Positions 29,053 to 37,757 of a DNA stretch of 64,000 bases are shown piece by piece (position 1 is the first letter of the stretch; each line of letters begins with the position of its first letter). Source of the DNA: Promethearchaeota archaeon (GTDB taxonomy: Archaea; Asgardarchaeota; Lokiarchaeia; Sigyniarchaeales; SOKP01); NCBI GenBank assembly GCA_048939995.1, contig JBHLOY010000002.1:256001-320000 (forward strand), written 5' to 3'. A program made the translations under genes and the position numbers. Below the pieces are notes generated by a model. That model was not told the origin of the DNA, did no database searches, and saw nothing but the letters and a program-made list of their open reading frames with translations.

Positions 29053-30285
29053 TTAACTTTCCAATATTGGTTTTAAAATATGGAAAAATTTTTCAGGAAT
29101 TACCCTATTGAGATAGATTTCAGCACAATTATTAAATTTAGCAAATAGGGAGATTCCCTCGCTTAATCTAGAGATTAAATTGTCGTTTAAATCCGTATAA
29201 ATATAGATTGTAATAAGTTCCAGCTTTTTTTCTTTTCTATGAACTTTAGCATCAATATTGCCTATTAGTTCACAGTTATCTAAGATTGGTAAGAGAAAAA
29301 AACCCAATTCTCGTTTATTCTTCGGAACATAAGCTTCAAATTTATAATCAAAGTTCCAAATTTTTTTTGGATAATATCGATCTCTTATTAGGTTATCAAA
29401 AGGGCTTAATAGCTTTACAGGAGAATTCTCTGCTACTTTAGCTGGAGTTTTGGATAACTTATTATAATCTGTTTCAGTAAGGTAAAATTTATCCTTAATA
29501 GTTTCAATATTTATAGGAATTAAAGCTCCTTCGCTAATAGATTCTTCTAAAAATTTAGTTAGCTTTTGTTTATCATTATTCCATATAACTTTTGGGAAGA
29601 TAGTACCTAAATAATTCCAAATGTCATCAACGCTGGCAAGACCTAAAGCACGCAACACGATTTCAAGCATATGATGAGGTAATTCATCCCTTTCCGTAGG
29701 TTCTGAACTGATATTAGGAGGTAAGACTCTTTCTGGTATATCATAATAGCGTTGAAACCCTTTTCTATGAGACACAAGTAATTTTCCTGTATGAAATAAA
29801 TATTTTAGAGCGATATTCTCTGCTTTTAATTCCCACCAACCTTCTCTCTTTACTTTAGTTGCATTTTTGAAATCAGCGCTACAAGTTGGACCAGATTTCT
29901 TAACATGATTAAAAACGCGATCAATGATCGACTTATTTTCTGGTAACCAATTTTTTGTCCAATTTCCTGGATTTTTGCTCATATAATTTATTATCCAAGT
30001 ATAAAAAGGATATTCTTCAATGGGTAAAAAGCATAAGACGTGAGAAAAATATTCAAAAATTTTCTTTTGTTTTTCATATTTCCACACATCTTTTTCTTTG
30101 TAGTTCAGTACACGATTGAATAAGGTAAGATCATGAGCTCGTGTTACAACTGAAATTGTATCAATTTGCACATTATGGATTTTTTTTATAACCTTAAGTA
30201 TGTTATCTGTTGGATGATCGGTTCTGAGGTATTGGTTATCTAAAATAAATCTTCTTACTTGATTAATACTAACTTTTTCAGTCAT
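29053..30285 (-). CDS. YcaQ/AlkZ-family (HTH_42) DNA crosslink-repair glycosylase
   Basis: QIDTISVV.R (QxD motif of YcaQ type), GFQRYYD.PER, LLSPFDNLIRDR, DYKFEAYVP..KR..G.F.LPIL. Confidence 0.88.
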   Translation of the reverse strand: MTEKVSINQVRRFILDNQYLRTDHPTDNILKVIKKIHNVQIDTISVVTRAHDLTLFNRVLNYKEKDVWKYEKQKKIFEYFSHVLCFLPIEEYPFYTWIINYMSKNPGNWTKNWLPENKSIIDRVFNHVKKSGPTCSADFKNATKVKREGWWELKAENIALKYLFHTGKLLVSHRKGFQRYYDIPERVLPPNISSEPTERDELPHHMLEIVLRALGLASVDDIWNYLGTIFPKVIWNNDKQKLTKFLEESISEGALIPINIETIKDKFYLTETDYNKLSKTPAKVAENSPVKLLSPFDNLIRDRYYPKKIWNFDYKFEAYVPKNKRELGFFLLPILDNCELIGNIDAKVHRKEKKLELITIYIYTDLNDNLISRLSEGISLFAKFNNCAEIYLNRVIPEKFFHILKPILES

Positions 30286-30310
30286 ATCTCTTCAAATGTT
30301 AAAAGGAAGT

Positions 30311-31663
30311 TTATTTTCGACCAATTGCTCTGAATGGTAAAGCTTTATTAAATGTTTCAAAATCATAAAGTCTTCTGCCATCAATTAAATTCGGAATCTT
30401 CATATAGTTTTTAAAATCATCGGGAGTCAGTTTTTCAAACTCTTTCCATTCAGTTATTAATAAAGCACAATCAGAATCTTTCAGTGCTTCCTCAATTGAA
30501 GGAGCATAATATGTAATCTTTTCACCCATTTCAATTTTAGCAGTTTCATTAGCTTTTGGATCATATCCCACGATCTCTTTAACATTTCTCTTATGTAATT
30601 CATTTATAACTCTTATACTAGCCGCTTCCCTCATATCATCCGTCCCAGGTTTAAAAGCAAGACCCAATAGTGTTAATCTTTTCCCTTCCAAGTTTCCTAA
30701 TAATTCTTGAGCTAAATCTACTATATGGATTGCTTGATCGTCATTTATATCCAAAACAGCTCCTAAAAGTCTCGAACTATATCCCTTTGATTTTGACCAT
30801 GCTTTGATGGCATTAACATCCTTATGAAAACATGATCCTCCAAATCCGGCTCCCGCTCGTAAATATCTTGAGTTTATGCGATAATCAAGTCCAACTCCCT
30901 TCATTACTAGATTTACATCCACGTTAGGGACTAATTCCGCAAAGTTGGCAAACTCATTAGCATAACTGATTTTAGTTGCTAACAGACAGTTATTACCGTA
31001 TTTAACTAACTCAGCACTTTCAATATTCATTCTTAATATAGGGCAGTTTTGTAGATGTTCACCATAGAAGTATTGATAGAATTCTTGAAGCATATTACCA
31101 CTTCTTTCATCATACTCACCTATTACAATTCTATCGGGATGTAAAGTATCTTCAATTGAACGACCTTCAGCTAGAAACTCAGGTTGCATAATTAAACCTA
31201 CATCTTTGCCGATTTCTTTACCGGAAACTTGAGTAATTATTTTTCCAACTAGATTACGAGTAGTTCCGGGCACAACTGTTGACCTAACGACCACTAAGTG
31301 ATATTTATCTTTTTGTTTTAAAGCTTGACCTATTTCTTTAGCTGTGCTTTCTATAAAGCTTAAATCAATACTCTTATCTTCTCTCATTGGGGTTCCTTGG
31401 GTTATCATTGAAATATCTGATTCGATAATTGCTTTAATTGGATCAGTTAAGCATTTGAGCATTTCAGGCTTCTTTTTCTTGATATTGTCCATCATCTCTT
31501 GTAATCTGGCTTCATAGAAGGGCGCTTTTCCTTCATTTATTATAGCAGACTTTCTTTCATTATGAGTTGAAGCTAATACCTTTATATCTTTATCCGCAAA
31601 ACATACAGCAGAACACAAACCAATAAAACCAGTTCCTAAAATTGATACTTTGTATTTAAACAT
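30311..31663 (-). CDS. UDP-glucose/GDP-mannose 6-dehydrogenase
   Basis: GTGFIG, STVVPGTT, PEFLAEG, AELVKY, GFGGSCFHKD, GLAFKPGTDDMREA, DGR. Confidence 0.93.
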   Translation of the reverse strand: MFKYKVSILGTGFIGLCSAVCFADKDIKVLASTHNERKSAIINEGKAPFYEARLQEMMDNIKKKKPEMLKCLTDPIKAIIESDISMITQGTPMREDKSIDLSFIESTAKEIGQALKQKDKYHLVVVRSTVVPGTTRNLVGKIITQVSGKEIGKDVGLIMQPEFLAEGRSIEDTLHPDRIVIGEYDERSGNMLQEFYQYFYGEHLQNCPILRMNIESAELVKYGNNCLLATKISYANEFANFAELVPNVDVNLVMKGVGLDYRINSRYLRAGAGFGGSCFHKDVNAIKAWSKSKGYSSRLLGAVLDINDDQAIHIVDLAQELLGNLEGKRLTLLGLAFKPGTDDMREAASIRVINELHKRNVKEIVGYDPKANETAKIEMGEKITYYAPSIEEALKDSDCALLITEWKEFEKLTPDDFKNYMKIPNLIDGRRLYDFETFNKALPFRAIGRK

Positions 31664-31845
31664 TTTATGGACGCCAATTATTATTCATTCTTGTTTCTAA
31701 GTATAGTTTATGATATCTGAAATTCTAATTAAAGATTTTGATGTTAATCAAATAAATTTAAAATAAGATGAATCTAGTATTACATTTATGGTTTCTTTTC
31801 GAAATATTTCAAAATGTACTAAAATGATGAAGGTAAATAAGAACT

Positions 31846-33129
31846 ATGAAAGAATTAAGAAAAAAACTAAGAATTCCAGATAAGGCTTTAAAAACGGTTA
31901 ATGAATTCATTTTAGATGAAAATAATCCATTAATTAACGATCTTTTCGAGTTATTGGATAAATATGGTGGGATAGAGGAGATTAATAGAAAAGCGAAAGA
32001 AGCTTCCAAAATTGAGAATTTAATTCATCAATTAGAAAGGATTAATTCAGATTATGTAAAGGATATTGAATGGCTTACAAATCAGAGAGATAAGAAAGCA
32101 TTCATTAGTTTAACTGAATATCGCGAAAAAATTTTAGGAGAAAAAGCATTAGAGATGGAATTTAACGAAGATATTGCTGTAACTTTAGAACTATCAGCAT
32201 GTCAGTATTTTCCTTTCCTTATAGATATCACTAAAGATGCTATTGAGACTCAACAGTTAGTTCCAGGGAGGATTATACGTGTTAGAAATATGAAAGAACA
32301 AGAAAAAGATGGAGATTTAATTGCAATGGCTGCAGCAATGCAAATTATAGGATCGAGTTGGGTTGAAACACTAGATACAAAAGGTACTGCCCCTGGTCCA
32401 GATGGGCTCCCTGTCAATGTACATCTAGGGGGACCAGATACAATTACTGGTTATTTTGGCGGTGTTGGTCAACCAAATGACTATGCTTTAAAATGGATTG
32501 ATGAATTCCTATACTATTATACTAATTATGGAATAAGGCAAGTTCTTAATGTAAATCCCGGAACGGTCCTCCTTGGTTATTTTATTTATAAATTAGGCAT
32601 CAATAATGAATTTAAAATCAGTGTATATATGGGAAATGATAATCCTTATTCATGTCTTTGGACTCTTTTAACTGCTAAACTATTCGCACGAGAAGATGGA
32701 ACTAGCCCTTTAATTGGTTTTAATCTTGCTAATTCGGTAAATAATGAAACTCTTGAATTAGCTGCTTATATCAGAAAAGAATTCAATTTTGAAGATGTAG
32801 TTAGACTTGAACATCATATTACTGAAACTTGGAAAAGTATAGTAAGACAACCTTATGATAGGAGAGATGAGCTCTTAGAATTAGCACCTAAAGTAAAGAA
32901 CGTAAGTGCTAAACATGAAGGAGGAGATGTTGAAGTAGAAGAAAAAAGAGAACACCCTACAGATATACTTGAATATTTCATGCCAAAAGAAGAATTGAAG
33001 AAAGCTGGATTATGGGATTTCTTACGTATAAATCATCTTGACAGATATCGGGCTGTGAATCACACAGCTCAAGTGCTAACAGAAAAAGGAATTCCATTTA
33101 TTGCTGCGAAGAATTTACATTATCGATAG
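31846..33129 (+). CDS. Conserved-looking soluble protein of unknown function
   Basis: 427-aa ORF with enzyme-like Gly-rich blocks (ETLDTKGT, NVHLGGPDTITGYFGGVGQPN, KISVYMGNDN, EHH, KHEGGD); no family recognised. Confidence 0.8.
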   Translation: MKELRKKLRIPDKALKTVNEFILDENNPLINDLFELLDKYGGIEEINRKAKEASKIENLIHQLERINSDYVKDIEWLTNQRDKKAFISLTEYREKILGEKALEMEFNEDIAVTLELSACQYFPFLIDITKDAIETQQLVPGRIIRVRNMKEQEKDGDLIAMAAAMQIIGSSWVETLDTKGTAPGPDGLPVNVHLGGPDTITGYFGGVGQPNDYALKWIDEFLYYYTNYGIRQVLNVNPGTVLLGYFIYKLGINNEFKISVYMGNDNPYSCLWTLLTAKLFAREDGTSPLIGFNLANSVNNETLELAAYIRKEFNFEDVVRLEHHITETWKSIVRQPYDRRDELLELAPKVKNVSAKHEGGDVEVEEKREHPTDILEYFMPKEELKKAGLWDFLRINHLDRYRAVNHTAQVLTEKGIPFIAAKNLHYR

Positions 33130-33141
33130 AAGAAAGGTGAC

Positions 33142-33991
33142 ATGAAACACGAATATTTTACCTCAATATTTCAAGCAATTATTGAAAGTATATCGCAGAA
33201 ACATTATTTATTTGCTGAAAAAAATAATTTTAAATTTTTTTTTTCAATTAACTAAAACAGAATATCTGATTGAAAATATTAACTCTGTTCTTGAAAAGTA
33301 TAATTCTTATATGACTTACTTTGTCACTGGATACATTCTTGAAGGTCATCCTGAAAGAGTGAATCTTTTTAAAAATTCACCGCATATAGCTCTTCCCCAT
33401 GGCTATAAACATTTTAATCTACAAGAATTAACGGTTCCTCAGGCAATTCAAGAAATAAAGAAATCTAAACAAACGTTTGATGACAATCATCTTGAATCAT
33501 GGTGTTTCCGTGCACCATATGCAGTGAATTCCATCAGTAGTCTAGGAACAGCTAAATTCTATGAAATACTTAAAGAGATGGGATTCCTATGTTCCAGTTC
33601 AGAATTTCAAGAGAATCCACCTTGGAAACCAGTAAATCAATTTATTCCTGAATATGTAATGGCAAGACCTAGCGATGATCAACTCATTGATAAAATGGGA
33701 ATTTGGGATGCAAAACTTATCGCTAAACATTTTATTAAATCAATTTGTAGTACTAAAGGCTCAATTATAATTTTTGATATGCATCCCATACGAATGGGGC
33801 AAAAAAAGTTCATAATTGCATTAGATGCTATTTGTAAGTTTGTGGAGAGAGATTCTAAATCAATTTTAATCGGATTCAAAGAAGCTGTAGAAAGTTATAG
33901 GAAAGAACAAGAGAAAAATTTTGTATGTATTACAGGTGATATTGACACATGGTCATATTTTGACTATATTAGGAGATTGAAAACTAGATAA
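33142..33991 (+). CDS. Polysaccharide deacetylase-like protein, apparently frameshifted at a T10 tract
   Basis: TYFVTG, HGYKH, FRAPY, DMHP motifs. ATG 33142 follows GGTGA, and its frame would join the main ORF if the T10 at 33235-33244 were T9. The track gives an alternative TTG start at 33182. Confidence 0.7.
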
Positions 33992-34063
33992 TATATAAAC
34001 CTTCAAGAACAGCTTATTAGTAATATGAATTTAATTTAAGAAAAAAGGAATATTAAAAAAAAT

Positions 34064-34615
34064 ATGAGTAAATTTTCTCGAGAAAAAGAATTAAAGCTCC
34101 GAGAGAAATTAGAGCAAATTAAGAAAAAAAGAAGGAAAACCATATTTGGGCGATTTATGGTTAGATTTATTAATGTTTTAGCAAGGCACATACCGGGTGG
34201 ATTTACACGAGCAAGATTGCATAAAATAAAAGGCGTGGTAATGGGTAAAAATGTATGGATAGGGGAAGATGTTTATATAGATAATGAGTATCCCTTTTTA
34301 ATTTTCATTGAAGATAATGTAGAAATTGCTGCTTATTCGATGATTATGGCCCACGGGAGAGATTTACATCTTCTCCGACCAGGGATGTATGTGTCAGATT
34401 TAGGGTATCCACCTTCACCAGTGAGAATTAAAAAAGGATGTTGGCTAGGATTACACAGTATTGTCTTAGGAGGAGTAACAATCGGTGAGGGTTCTGTTAT
34501 TGCTGCTGGATCCGTTGTTACAAAAGATATACCGGATTTTGCGCTTGCTGGTGGAACCCCGGCAAAAGTAATTAAATATTTACCTGGTTCAAAAAATTAT
34601 ATCTCAAAAGAATAG
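34064..34615 (+). CDS. Hexapeptide-repeat (LbH) sugar O-acyltransferase
   Basis: GKNVWIGEDVYID, IEDNVEI, VRIKKGCWLG..SIVLGGVTIGEGSVIAAGSVVTKDIP...GGTPAK. Confidence 0.9.
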   Translation: MSKFSREKELKLREKLEQIKKKRRKTIFGRFMVRFINVLARHIPGGFTRARLHKIKGVVMGKNVWIGEDVYIDNEYPFLIFIEDNVEIAAYSMIMAHGRDLHLLRPGMYVSDLGYPPSPVRIKKGCWLGLHSIVLGGVTIGEGSVIAAGSVVTKDIPDFALAGGTPAKVIKYLPGSKNYISKE

Positions 34616-34632
34616 ATGAAATAATAATTATT

Positions 34633-36120
34633 ATGAGTAAATTTAGTTTTAGACCAATTGGTGTCATGCCGGCTCTAATAACTCCATTTAATAAAGATGA
34701 GTCCATAAATGAAGAACAATTAAGAAACTTAATAAATTATCTTATTGAACAAGGAGTTAATGGGCTTGTTCCAGTTGGTACAACTGGAGAATTTGTAAAT
34801 ATGACATTCCAAGAACGTTTGGAAGTCATTAAAATTGTTGTAGATGAAACAAATGGACGTATACCAGTTATAGCTGGAACTGGAGAAACTGGAACAAAAC
34901 TAGTCGTAGATGCTACTAAAGCTGCAACAGATATTGGAGTTGATGCTGTACTTATCGTTACACCTTATTATCTGAAACCAAAGGCAAAAGGGTTATATGA
35001 TCATTACTTTACGATTGCTGAAAAAACAGATATTCCTATAGTTTTGTACAATATACCTGCTTGTACAGGAGTAGAATTACCTTGGACTGTCGTGGAGGAT
35101 TTAGTAGATATTGAAAATATAGTTGGTATTAAAGACTCTAGTGGAGATTATAAATATTTCTCAGCTTTATTAGAGAAAGTTAGCGATAAAATTTCAGTTC
35201 TTATTGGATGGGATGAAAACGTATTAGGTGCCCTCGCAGGAGGCGCTGCTGGATGCATTCTAGGATCGGCAAATGTATTTCCTAAATTTTGGCTTGAGAT
35301 TTATAATTGTGTTAGAAATAATCAATTGCAAGAGGCTCAATTGCTTCAAAAGAAGGTTCAAAAATTAGCTCGATTATTAATTAATTCTGGGGCGCTTGGG
35401 GTTAAATCATGCCTAAATATGATGAACATTCCAGTCGGAAAGACACGACAACCGCTCGTTTTGGGAGATACACTCTCATATGAAATAAAGGATGAATTAC
35501 GAGTAGAATTAGAAAAGTTAGGATTAATTGAAAAATCAGAAATTCAATTTGAATTTGGAGATAAACCCCTAATAAGCCGCTTCTATGCTGTTGGAATTAC
35601 ACCACAGAAAATTTCTGATTTTGGATTAAAAGTGGGAGAATCGCTTGTAGGGGAACGTGTGGAACTAGCACATATTGACATACTGATTGGTAAAAAAGAT
35701 GGCCCAGTTGGTAATGCTTATGCTCAAGCATTAACCAACCCAGAAGAAGGTCGTGAAGGGCTTCAAGTTATATTAGAACCTAATATGCAAGTAAAGCCAC
35801 CAACAATTATGATTCCCACAGTGAGACCTACCTCGCTTCGCCACGCTAGCTTAACCTATGGACCTGCTCAAGCCGCTATTGCAAAAGCAGTTATGCAATG
35901 TGTTGAAGACGGCATTCTTCCTAAAGAATTAGGAGATGAAATTGTGTTAATTGTCAATGTTTTTGTCCATCCTAGTGCTAGCGCAAGAAAACGAGTATTT
36001 ATCAATAATTATAAAGCAACTAGAAATGCTATCAGAAAAGCAATGGAAGGAGTGCCGACTGTAGAAGATGGAATTGAAAATATGGAAAATGCTAGACATC
36101 CATTCAGAAATGATCCTTAA
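34633..36120 (+). CDS. Fusion: DapA/NanA-family class I aldolase + formaldehyde-activating enzyme (Fae)
   Basis: N-terminal: ITPF, GTTGEF, TPYY, LYNIP, GIKDSSG. C-terminal from about 35626: VGESLVG..ELAHIDILIG, KPPT, GPAQAAIAKAV, VFVHP, NYKAT..AI..AM, HPF. Confidence 0.9.
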   Translation: MSKFSFRPIGVMPALITPFNKDESINEEQLRNLINYLIEQGVNGLVPVGTTGEFVNMTFQERLEVIKIVVDETNGRIPVIAGTGETGTKLVVDATKAATDIGVDAVLIVTPYYLKPKAKGLYDHYFTIAEKTDIPIVLYNIPACTGVELPWTVVEDLVDIENIVGIKDSSGDYKYFSALLEKVSDKISVLIGWDENVLGALAGGAAGCILGSANVFPKFWLEIYNCVRNNQLQEAQLLQKKVQKLARLLINSGALGVKSCLNMMNIPVGKTRQPLVLGDTLSYEIKDELRVELEKLGLIEKSEIQFEFGDKPLISRFYAVGITPQKISDFGLKVGESLVGERVELAHIDILIGKKDGPVGNAYAQALTNPEEGREGLQVILEPNMQVKPPTIMIPTVRPTSLRHASLTYGPAQAAIAKAVMQCVEDGILPKELGDEIVLIVNVFVHPSASARKRVFINNYKATRNAIRKAMEGVPTVEDGIENMENARHPFRNDP

Positions 36121-36122
36121 AA

Positions 36123-36734
36123 CTAGTTCATTTCAATTTTTTTAATAGTTAAATGAATTCCAAATATTATCAATACAATTCCTAGCGCAAGCCAAGCAAT
36201 CGAAAAAATATACGGATGATCGGTAAAGTTTATAACTAGCATAATAAAAAATACGATATTAGTTATACCAATTGAGGTAGATATCACACCTAAACCTTGA
36301 TTAGCCCTTTTTCTAGCTTTTTTACTATGAATAATCCAATCTGATGAAATTAAAAAAATACCATATATAATTAGAAAAATGCCAATTAATATTAAAGGTA
36401 TAAATACTAAATTCTGGAGAAGATTAAATGGTAAAAGTCTAAGATCCAAACTTGTTATCAATGTCCCTAAAATTGGAACAATACCGGTAATAATTAAAAT
36501 TAATCCTTTAACTTTTGATACGAGTCTTACTCCAAAGATTAAATATATACCAAAAAACATAGTCGATACACCAAATACCATAAGAGGAACTGCCAAAATA
36601 ACATAAATTCCCTTCCACAGCTCCCAAGTTAAAAACATACTCCAAATTGTAGCTAGAGCAATTACTAAAAAAATAACTCCTAAAACACTCAAAAATAGTC
36701 CTAAACCTTTACTTTCCATGAAAATAACTCCCAA
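36123..36734 (-). CDS. Integral membrane protein (about 6 TM), unknown function
   Basis: Hydrophobic throughout; likely start MESKGLG at ATG 36719. Confidence 0.75.
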   Translation of the reverse strand: MGVIFMESKGLGLFLSVLGVIFLVIALATIWSMFLTWELWKGIYVILAVPLMVFGVSTMFFGIYLIFGVRLVSKVKGLILIITGIVPILGTLITSLDLRLLPFNLLQNLVFIPLILIGIFLIIYGIFLISSDWIIHSKKARKRANQGLGVISTSIGITNIVFFIMLVINFTDHPYIFSIAWLALGIVLIIFGIHLTIKKIEMN

Positions 36735-36895
36735 AAAGATTACATTTTATATTTTATTAATATTAATTCTTCAAAATCTTAAATTTCTTACTTAATTTGG
36801 TTAAAATTTAATAGTTAATAATGTCAATTTTGATATTTTTCAAAATTTAATTATTATTAAGAAATAAAATTTTTTCAGTTTATAACTGAAATAAT

Positions 36896-37396
36896 GTGAT
36901 GATTTTGGTAGATAAAAAAGTTACTCTCAAAATAGGTGATAAGGCTCCCGAATTTTGTCTTCCTGATAAAGATAAAAAACAAGTATGTTTGAAGGATTTT
37001 AGTGGTAAATACAGTATAGTTTACTTTTATCCCGCTGATAACACCCCTGGTTGTACAACTGAAGCGATTGGATTTACAAATATCTTACCGGAGCTCCAAA
37101 AGCTTGATGCAGAAGTCATAGGTATTAGCCCAGATAGTCCTGAGTCTCATGCTAAATTTATTGAAAAGAAAAACTTGAAAGTTACTTTGTTAAGTGATAT
37201 TAATCATGAGACAATGAATAAATATGGTGCTTGGGGACTTAAAAAATTTAGAGGGAAAACGTATATGGGAGTTATAAGAAGTACATTTTTAGTTGAATCA
37301 AAGGGAAAGATTGCTCATATTTGGCCTAAAGTTAGCGTGAAGGGACATGCAGAGGAAGTCAAAGATGTACTTAAAAACTTAAAAAATATAGCTTAA
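36896..37396 (+). CDS. bcp: Peroxiredoxin, BCP/PrxQ family
   Basis: GDKAPEF, YFYPADNTPGCTTEA, GISPD, LLSD, RSTF, GHAEEV; no resolving Cys at the CxxxxC position. Confidence 0.92.
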   Translation: MMILVDKKVTLKIGDKAPEFCLPDKDKKQVCLKDFSGKYSIVYFYPADNTPGCTTEAIGFTNILPELQKLDAEVIGISPDSPESHAKFIEKKNLKVTLLSDINHETMNKYGAWGLKKFRGKTYMGVIRSTFLVESKGKIAHIWPKVSVKGHAEEVKDVLKNLKNIA

Positions 37397-37665
37397 AATT
37401 TTTTTATTCTATTTTTTTCTCTTAAAATCAATATAAGTATAACTCCTATTAAAGAAATCTCCTGTATTTGATTAAAAATTGGCCGATAAAACTTCAATAT
37501 ACATGTTTTTCTATGAAATATTACAACTTTTGTTCAAATACCTTATGTTTATTAGTCATAATCCTATTTCTTTGATTAAAAATCAGCATGATATTGAAAT
37601 TTTGAATATTTCTTATAATTTTTAGAGAAAAACTTAAAAAATTAATTGAAAATATTCATTTCATC

Positions 37666-37749
37666 ATGGATGTTATAGAAGCAATCGAAAAAAGAAGAGC
37701 ATACAGATCTCTTGATGACATAATAATCTTCGATGAAACTATAAATTAA
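37666..37749 (+). pseudogene. Nitroreductase N-terminal fragment
   Basis: MDVIEAIEKRRAYRSLDDIIIFDETIN* matches the AI..RRS/A.R start of nitroreductases; stops after 27 codons. Confidence 0.6.
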
Positions 37750-37757
37750 AAGAGTAG

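Noticed and set aside
34633-35530. Annotating the aldolase domain simply as dapA
   Set aside because: The substrate-binding Arg is replaced by Cys, the domain is fused to Fae, and there are no dapB/asd/lysC neighbours.
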